Assembly (NCBI GenBank): GCA_964016885.1
Contig: OZ024742.1
Location: 270,258,001-270,322,000, forward strand
Source: Eledone cirrhosa
Lineage: Eukaryota
Length of the DNA stretch: 64,000 bases
Direction of reading: 5' to 3'
Shown here: positions 55,125-64,000 of the stretch, piece after piece
How the letters are laid out: every line of letters starts with the position of its first letter
Position numbering within the stretch: the stretch's first letter is position 1
The notes under the pieces: generated by a model
The model's input: only the letters and a program-made list of their open reading frames with translations
The model's database searches: none
What the model was told of the DNA's origin: nothing
Translations under genes and position numbers: made by a program

Positions 55125-56645
55125 TTATTTACAATAGTTAATAACTTTGCCTATTAATCCGTATGGTGAGCAAATGGGGTCCCAAGTATTGGCCTCCTCA
55201 CAGCCCCGGCGGACAGGATGGAGAAGGCGTTTCCCCGGATGATGGTAAGGAAGAGACGCTGGAAGAGTCATTCCAGCTCGTGAGGCTCACACATACGGCT
55301 AGCTAGCTCAGCGCCTATGGTGGTGAGTAGGGAGGTAGCCCTTTGGCCAAGAACACCGTAAGTTTCCACTGCCAAGGGCACGGCCGCGAACATGTAGGAG
55401 AGCAACCAGTTCTTTGAGAGTTTGGCATCCTCAGCCCGACGTGCAGCAGTACCTGGGTTAGTCGCAGACTTCACCAGCTGGCGGCTAGAGAAAGTGTCGC
55501 TGTAAGTGACGTGCGAGACGAGGTGTTTGCCACCGCAGGATTGGAAGATGGTCATATCGTCTGGCCTTTTGCCATCACCACGGGCCAGCCCCACCGGCTC
55601 GAGCTGGGAGGGGTAGCCATGCTTGATGACCTCGTTGAGAGCAGCATGGCGTGGAAGGCGGCCGGCACTGTGGAGACAGGAAAGCGAGTGGAGACCGAAA
55701 GTGTCCACGGTGGATCCACAGCGACATTTATGTGGCTCGCAGATCCGGGGTCCAATCCTCAAGGAAACACCGATGTGTAGGCTATCGTTATCCAGCTGCT
55801 TGCCAGTGGAGGAGGGCAAGGCATGGAGCCAGGCACCAATGTGAGGTTTCGAGGCTGCGCGTAAACAGGGAACGCGGTGCTGATAAAGCTGCTTCGTGAG
55901 CCTCTCTGAGGCCAGGCTGCACTGGATGGCATCCCATACGCTTTGGGGGGGATTTAACGTCAGCAGAGGGAGAAGGAGGAGGGACGTCTATCGGTCTAAG
56001 TCCTTGCCTGTCCCACGTTTCACAGGCGACCTCACGTTCCCTGAACACAGAGGGTTCTATTGTGTTATGGAGAACCCTGCTGACGAGGCTGTGGCTTGAG
56101 GTTACCGATGAAAGAAACGGCGGCAAAGCCAACGAGATCGGGGGACCAAAACAGACAGGTAAAGTGGCCTGTTGCCATCCAATGTCGTCAAACCTGACGT
56201 TGCGTATATCCTCAGCTGCCGCTCGGATACATGTATCGAGGTCAGTGAAAGAGATAAGTGGCTGTAGCACGGAGCACCGCGAATGGTGTAGAGGAGGTTT
56301 GGCTGGATGGCCGTCGATACAGTCCAGTCGGCTCGTGATGGTCTGGAGTTGTTGGAGCCTAGACCTGATGGTCGAGCGGATGGCCGGCGAGTGGATCGGT
56401 GAACCGGGGATGAGGACATCCTCTTTGCGGGTCAACCGTACCTGGTGGGGAATGGACCGCACATCCAATACGGAGGCTGCAAAGCTCGCAGCATCCTAGC
56501 TGACGTTCAACACTTCCAACTTGAACGAGTTCACCTGGAAGCCAATTCCCGCCGGAGCAGGAACCACCGATTGAAATTCATGGCAGAGTGTCTCCACGGA
56601 CCCGGCCAGTGTAGCATCATCCAGGTACCAAACGTTGAGAGGGGC
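55125..56645 (-). mobile_element. CRE-like non-LTR retrotransposon (RT and restriction-like endonuclease), 5'-truncated
   Basis: LNVWYLDDATL near 56610-56640, CRCG..D..GLH.LSC..GR..RH, DGKRPD and PLAVET.G (55268-55819). Confidence 0.85.
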
Positions 56646-56810
56646 CGTGATACCCTATTTTTATAATCATTGAACGTATACATGATCATGGATTATCACT
56701 TCATAATTGGAAGCATTCATATAACGTTGAGTGTTTGATTCTAATTACAACATTCTTTTCTCACTGAGTTTTGCAAACACCACAGCAGTTAATCTGCATT
56801 TTATATCACA

Positions 56811-59460
56811 CAAGCAGTTTAGCCCGGCGTTGCTCGGGTTCTCTCATTTGCTATGAAAAGTTACATACATGTAAACGTGGCTTGAAAGCGAATAAGCTTA
56901 TCAATTAAGTGCAAAAGCAGTTGAACCGGTTATTAAAAGTTACGAACCAATCAGCATTTTGGACAATCAATGATGGGTTCATAATCTTCCAATAGCGAAT
57001 TTAGTAGCCCAAAGTTGCAAGTTGGTGGTCCTGATGCCGCTAGGTGTCAGATCTCTCCGCCATGGGTGACCCTACCAGTTTTCCAGACGGCATAGCTCCA
57101 ACTCCTCCAACACCTGCACCAACATCTATCGTACCTCTTTATAGACGATATTGCGTGTCATCCCGATATTGCGTGTCATCCCACTACGCGGGAATAAGCA
57201 ACATAAGGTTGGCCATGGGAGAAGCATGGCTCCCCCAAATGGATGCCCGCCACCGACAATGTTTGCCCTTGTGACTTGTTAATGGATATGGCAAATTATT
57301 GGGATCGCCGGAAATCGAACGGGATATCTGACGCCGAGGGGAAAAGGTTCATCCTTGGAATGAAAACATTCTCCCCTCTCTCTCACCCCGTTACGATGGT
57401 GGCCTCAATCAAGTGGGGCGTCAGTGAATTGACGACCATGCGAGTACCGTTGCACTGCTTTGGTGGACGCAAGTTCTCAAGGGAATTTAATAACTCAACC
57501 GGATAATTAAAGATATCGTCGGGGTCTGACGTCCGGTCGATAGATGTGCTCTTTACCGGGAATATTTTCAATCAGCTGCTCGTTAATAAAATTAACCATG
57601 GTATTTTTCGGAGCAAGGATGGCTCTTTCGCTGAGCCAATCGAGGTTTTTAAAGTTAGATGAGACATTAGAAAAAACTGCTTCCCAAATGTCAGAAGGGT
57701 TGCTCACAATGTTGCACAGGGCGTCGATTGCTATGCCTCCCTTGTCATCCGCAGGGCCCTTGCCCTCACCAAGTGCTAAAATGTTCTGAGCAAATGCTGC
57801 AGACATGTTGTCACCATGCAAATAAGGCAACATTTTTTTAGAACCAGAGCTTCGTGTGAACTCTTACTGATATTGCATGTTGGTGTCTCAGTTTTTATTA
57901 AATTCAAGGGGAGTTTAAAGGTTGAATGTGCTGTCCTGCCTCCCGGCAGAAATGTAGTAGCGATCCCGGACGATGCAACGGCCAACGTAATTTTTTTCTC
58001 CTGACGAATCTTAGCGAGAATCAATTTCGTTACAAAAGTTTTTCCGGTATCCCCAGGAGCATGGAGAAAGTAAATAACCCCAGTTTGATTTTCAACCGCG
58101 TCAATGATAGTTAAATAGGCAAACCTTTGGTCCGACAGAAGTTTGGGCTCATTTTCGTCTAAGTATTTGGAAATAGATTCGAAGTCAAATGCTGTTTCCC
58201 GCAACAAATCCGGCGCCAGCGTGTTAGCTTCCTCTCTAACGGTTGACGGCAAGCCTTACGTCGCTAACACACTCCCACCCATGTTGAGGAGGGCGTCATC
58301 AGACATGAAGTCTCTGTACTTGACCCATAAAGATTTGGGATCACCCAATTCACACTTTTGAAGCAAAACGGCAAAGAGTTCCCGTAGATCTTTAGGTGAT
58401 TTCAACAAAGCACAATCTGATAAAGTGGAATCCCATTGCGAATCATCTTCTAAAAGACCACTCTTAAAGCAGGCTTCCCGGTACGTATTACTTATTTCTT
58501 TCAACAGCCTGATCTGACTTTCTTCAAACCCAAGTGTTTTTCGACCATATATAGTAGGATGGAACCTGGGGGTAAACAATTGTTTGCACAAATGTATCGA
58601 ACTGGCAAGGTTTGAAGAAACCCCTCAGACTGGTCTCTTTCGGATCGGCGGCCAACTTGGCGGTAGTTTGGTCCGTAAAGTAAACCCTTTGCCTATTTTC
58701 CAAATGTACCGCATGATGTACGATGGCGGGGTGCCGTTGGTGTAGGGGTAAACCAAATAGGCGCCAAAAACCTTCATTGCTACTGATGTTCCGCCCCGCC
58801 AGGTATTATGTGACCTCGTCCTGCTATTTTCAGCTTGAAATGCGAAAATTGCGGGATCAGAGCCCTTAATTACATATTTGCATATGTATTTTATCGACTT
58901 GATGGAGTTGCACAACTCAACGTTGGTGTGGGCATTGAACATCTTCAAGAGAAGCGAGCAGTAAGGGACCACCCATCTATTGTCGACTTGACCTCCCTTT
59001 ACTGTTGTGGTGAAGCCACTGTTCTCAGGCCGTCTCCGCCTGTACAGGGGGTACCCGTCGCCACCAGTCTGAATCTGGTCAACAAATCCTTTTACTGCAC
59101 GACCCCGCTTCAGACACGTGTGATGCTCATGAGGACCCGACGCACACGGACCATGTTAGCTTTGACGATGTCATGTAATTCCTGACCAGTTGCTGGGTTA
59201 GGATTTCAGCCGCAATGAAGCTGTCTATGGCATTTGAATTGATTTCATAAGCTAACCAAATCAAAATGTGAACATGTGGCAGCCCTCGTTTTTGCTATTC
59301 GACGGTGAACATGTCACATTTTACAGCCCCAAATACCTCACCCTTTTTGATTAAAGCCATGAGTTTAGCCAGTTTCAGTCTGAACTCTCTGGCAATGAGC
59401 TCATGTCTGTTCGAATAATTTTGCCCAGGAAAAAGTTCAGGGTTACATTCCGATTCATAT
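56811..59460 (-). mobile_element. Helitron RepHel pseudogene with deletions
   Basis: Rep motifs VE*QKRGLPHVHIL (~59262-59305) and IKYICKYV.KG. PIF1 helicase motifs APG.TGKTF, AVASSGIA, GGRTAHS.FKLP, ERAILAPKN, CNGTR. The 3' hairpin at 56823-56838 is the same as at 54145. Confidence 0.92.
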
Positions 59461-60047
59461 AACTATAGCATTAATCTGTTATATGAAGTGTTAACTTGCG
59501 GGTTGTTATTTGCAATAAGCTGATTGAAAATGCCCCAGAAAAGTCGTATGTCAATACGGAACGCTCAATACGGAACGCTCAACTGCGGTGTTATCATATA
59601 GTGAGTGAAGAGCGACAGAGAGAGTAAATCAGTTAAATTATAGAGAGAGTGAATATACAGAATGCTCCATTTGATCATAAACATTGTTTCTCTCTCTGCA
59701 ATGTTGTCATATAGGGAGTGAAGAGCGACATAGAGAGTAAAGCAGTTACATTATAGAGAGGGGGAATGATCATGATCAATTTTTGCCCTCATTGTTGATG
59801 GATTTGAAATAGTTTTGCTTCATGACCTTTTCCTGACCAAAAGCAATAATTGTCCCGTTGGAAATTGTGGACGTGCATACGTTACAAACCTTAACACACA
59901 CATCCTCAGCTTTATAGATATATAGACACACATATTCACTCACATGCACACATATACACAGACATGCAAACGCACACAACCACTCACACACGGACACACG
60001 CACAATCACACACACACACATGTATATATTGTACATATATATATATG

Positions 60048-60117
<70 letters not shown>

Positions 60118-60118
<1 letters not shown>

Positions 60119-62392
60119 GAGATCAAAAGATGGTTAAAGGAGTTCCATGTATTTTATTATGCGCATTTCAAAAACAAACATCATCATGCAATAATATTTG
60201 TGTTTTCATCAGATAAAACAGGAGAACATGATATGAAGGCTAAAAAACACTTGTGGATAGTGCAGTTTTAAATCAACATATGAAAAGTGGTTTTAGATTG
60301 ATGTGTGATATTGGGAAAAATATTTTATTTAGAGAGGGGGGGGGGTGGAAAGGATGAAAAAGGGGAGGAGATGAGAGGGAGAGATGGGTGATAGAGAGAA
60401 AGAGATAGTTTTTATAACTGAGAGGAGATATATTGTTTTACATAGAGAGGTTGAAAACCGTTGGAAGATAATGTATAAATTAAAAAAAAATTTGAAAATT
60501 AACGAAAGGAGGATATGTGCGAGGAAAAAGTATTTTATTTAGGGAGGAGGGGGGTGGAAAGGATGAAAAAAGGGGGAGGAGATGAGAGTGAAGGTGGAGA
60601 GGGAGAGATGGGTGATAGAGAGAAAGAGATAGTTTTTATAACTGAGAGAAAGATATATTGTTTTACATAGAGAGGTGGAGAACCGTTGGAAGATAATGTA
60701 TAAATTAAAGGAATTTGAAAATTAACGAAGGGAATTTATGTATGAAGATAGAGAGAAGAAATAATAATTGTGGATGAATATTCTAACGTCAAAAAAGGGT
60801 ATGTTGATAAGTATTGTGGCAATTTCCAAATTAACGAAGAGAAAAATTATTAAGGTTTGTGTGTAGAAGGATTTGAGAAAAATAATGTGAAGTTAAAGTT
60901 TGTATATTGGAGGAATTGATAATATATGCGAATAAAGAGTTAATATGTATTATGAATGAGTTCGTTGATGGGGAGAAAAAAAATAATAAATTAAGGATGA
61001 AATTGAGATTAAAAAGATTTATGATAGAGAGAAAAATATAATGATTGCGGATGAATATTCTAACGTCAAAAAACAAATGTATATGTTATGAAGGATTTTA
61101 CAAGGTGAAGATAGAATGAGGGTAATGAGTAAACAAGTATTATAGAGTGTATAATGCCCTTTAAAGTATGGTAGGAAGATGGGTATATTTTAAAGAGGTG
61201 TATGTATATGTGCCTTTGAGAAAAGATTCTAAATTGATAAAGAATTGAATATTAACTGTATACTTTGTGAAAAGTTCTATGGAATTTATGCAGGCAGATA
61301 GAAAACAAATCTGTACGTCTATTTATTATAGAATCTAGGTTAGAGATAATGGTAAATTTTTCATTTAGGCAGAGATTACAGATTTTAGATAGAGAGCTGT
61401 TAGAGTATGAGGATGCAGAAAAAATCTTCTTCCAAAAGATGGTATATTTAATGTTTTTGTCTTTTAAGGACCATATGAGTTCTGAGAGAGCAGTGTTGGT
61501 TCTTTTAAGTTTGTATTTGAAAGATGAATGATGATTATAGAGACGAGCTTTAAAAGAGGTGGAAGTGGAGCCAAAATAGGTGAAGGAATTGGTGCTAGTT
61601 ATAATTTTACATTCATAAATTAAGTTTTTATCGAGACAATGGTTGTTGAGAGGACATTTATTTTTAATGCGGCAGTTGCAATTAGAGAGATTATTAATGA
61701 GTGACCTAGTGTTATCTATAGAAGGAATTGGATTGGAGAAGTTGTTTGCGATAGGAATAATAGAAATAATAGTTTCTTGATTTAGAGTTGGATTATGAAC
61801 ATTTAGCGAAGTTGTGTTTGACGTTGTATTTGGGTTTACAGAAGTTAGCCTAGGGTTTACAATGACGTCGGGAGTACTATTACTGTTATTATGAAATTCA
61901 ATGTTGGAAGGAAGAGATTTAGTATTTAGTATTTTATTGTTGTGTTTAGAGATGATGTTGGAAATATTGGAGGATGTGGAATAAGAAAATTTGATGGTGT
62001 GTTTGTTAAATATTTTACTATAGATATGTGAGGGAGGGAAGCATTTATTTAAGGCACTAAAAAATAATTTAGGAATATTGTTATTAATAGAGATGGAGAA
62101 AGGAGCATTATACCAGATTATGTTTTTGTATCTAGGTCTTTTATTAAAATTATTGGAATGATCATGATTAATTATTCTACTGTAAGTTTTTCTAGAATTT
62201 GTTTCTTTACTATATTTGATTTTATCTCGATAGCCGGCTTTAGAAAGTGCGTTATTATAGTAATTGGCGCTAGCATCAAAGATGTTTTTATTAGAGGATA
62301 TGTTAGATATTCTTTTTCCAATATAGCATTCTTGATATTGGTAGGATGGTTAGATTTAAAGTTAACATAATTTAGGTTCTCATTGTTTTTAT
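60118..62392 (-). mobile_element. PLE (PLE2-related) 3' part with terminal HHR
   Basis: Minus-strand RT tail (NLNYVNFKSNHP) and GIY-YIG mirror of 62395-63263. The 3' UTR has a ~210-bp tandem (60321-60515 / 60531-60735). Confidence 0.9.
60151..60218 (-). ncRNA. Hammerhead ribozyme family B
   Basis: Minus strand: ttttat-CTGATGA-aaacacaaat...gtttgttttt-GAAA-tgcgca-TA-ataaaa. Confidence 0.8.
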
Positions 62393-63263
62393 GGTAATCT
62401 GGTATAATGCTCCTTTCTCCATCTCTATTAATAACAATATTCCTAAATTATTTTTTAGTGCCTTAAATAAATGCTTCCCTCCCTCACATATCTATAGTAA
62501 AATATTTAACAAACACACCATCAAATTTTCTTATTCCACATCCTCCAATATTTCCAACATCATCTCTAAACACAACAATAAAATACTAAATACTAAATCT
62601 CTTCCTTCCAACATTGAATTTCATAATAACAGTAATAGTACTCCCGACGTCATTGTAAACCCTAGGCTAACTTCTGTAAACCCAAATACAACGTCAAACA
62701 CAACTTCGCTAAATGTTCATAATCCAACTCTAAATCAAGAAACTATTGTTCCTATTATTCCTATCGCAAACAACTTCTCCAATCCAATTCCTTCTATAGA
62801 TAACACTAGGTCACTCATTAATAATCTCTCTAATTGCAACTGCCGCATTAAAAATAAATGTCCTCTCAACAACCATTGTCTCGATAAAAACTTAATTTAT
62901 GAATGTAAATTTATGACTAGCACCAATTCCTTCACCTATTTTGGCTCCACTTCCACCTCTTTTAAAGCTCGTCTCTATAATCATCATTCATCTTTCAAAT
63001 ACAAACTTAAAAGAACCAACACTGCTCTCTCAGAACTCATATGGTCCTTAAAAGACAAAAACATTAAATATACCATCTTTTGGAAGAAGATTTTTTCTGC
63101 ATCCTCATACTCTAACAGCTCTCTATCTAAAATCTGTAATCTCTGCCTAAATGAAAAAATTACCATTATCTCTAACCTAGATTCTATAATAAATAGACGT
63201 ACAGATTTGTTTTCTATCTGCCTGCATAAATTCCATAGAACTTTTCACAAAGTATACAGTTAA
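62391..63263 (+). CDS. PLE linker and GIY-YIG endonuclease in the inverted arm (5'-truncated)
   Basis: Motifs IWYNAPF, KIFNKHTIKFSYS, CNCR..CPL..C, NLIY, TYFG, FKARLYNH, CNLCLNEK. Confidence 0.9.
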   Translation: MVIWYNAPFSISINNNIPKLFFSALNKCFPPSHIYSKIFNKHTIKFSYSTSSNISNIISKHNNKILNTKSLPSNIEFHNNSNSTPDVIVNPRLTSVNPNTTSNTTSLNVHNPTLNQETIVPIIPIANNFSNPIPSIDNTRSLINNLSNCNCRIKNKCPLNNHCLDKNLIYECKFMTSTNSFTYFGSTSTSFKARLYNHHSSFKYKLKRTNTALSELIWSLKDKNIKYTIFWKKIFSASSYSNSSLSKICNLCLNEKITIISNLDSIINRRTDLFSICLHKFHRTFHKVYS

Positions 63264-64000
63264 TATTCAATTCTTTATCAATTTAGAATCTTTTCTCAAA
63301 GGCACATATACATACACCTCTTTAAAATATACCCATCTTCCTACCATACTTTAAAGGGCATTATACACTCTATAATACTTGTTTACTCATTACCCTCATT
63401 CTATCTTCACCTTGTAAAATCCTTCATAACATATACATTTGTTTTTTGACGTTAGAATATTCATCCGCAATCATTATATTTTTCTCTCTATCATAAATCT
63501 TTTTAATCTCAATTTCATCCTTAATTTATTATTTTTTTTCTCCCCATCAACGAACTCATTCATAATACATATTAACTCTTTATTCGCATATATTATCAAT
63601 TCCTCCAATATACAAACTTTAACTTCACATTATTTTTCTCAAATCCTTCTACACACAAACCTTAATAATTTTTCTCTTCGTTAATTTTGAAATTGCCACA
63701 ATACTTATCAATAATACCCTTTTTTGACGTTAGAATATTCATCCACAGTTATTATTTCTTCTCTCTATCTTCATACATAAATTCCCTTCGTTAATTTTCA
63801 AATTCCTTTAATTTATACATTATCTTCCAACGGTTCTCCACCTCTCTATGTAAAACAATATATCTTTCTCTCAGTTATAAAAACTATCTCTTTCTCTCTA
63901 TCACCCATCTCTCCCTCTCCACCTTCACTCTCATCTCCTCCCCCTTTTTTCATCCTTTCCACCCCCCCTCTCTAAATAAAATACTTTTTCCTCGCACATA

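Noticed and set aside
57030-57100. ccatgggtgaccctaccag...ggcatagctc, resembling a LINE 5'-UTR fragment inside the Helitron
   Set aside because: Too short to assign, and no ribozyme fold could be established by eye.

Overview
AT-rich eukaryotic repeat DNA, probably from a cephalopod (Octopus-like). This is an inference from a tRNA-derived SINE sequence and very long (TA)n/(CA)n tracts. No intact host gene can be supported. The window is a nest of mobile elements: several Penelope-like elements (PLE; RT + GIY-YIG) with inverted terminal segments, a tandem of Tx1/L1-like LINEs, decayed RTE LINEs, a CRE-like RLE element, two Helitrons and tRNA-SINEs. The main signal not visible in the ORF track is about 20 type I hammerhead ribozyme (HHR) motifs in about nine distinct sequence families. 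They include U3-A8 and A4 core variants and palindromic stem III forms. They sit in PLE termini and in non-coding direct-repeat or foldback elements (about 500, 700 and 1270 nt units) that look like retrozymes, i.e. circRNA-producing non-autonomous PLE parasites. All folds were read by eye and none has been tested computationally or experimentally. Coordinates are approximate to a few bases.
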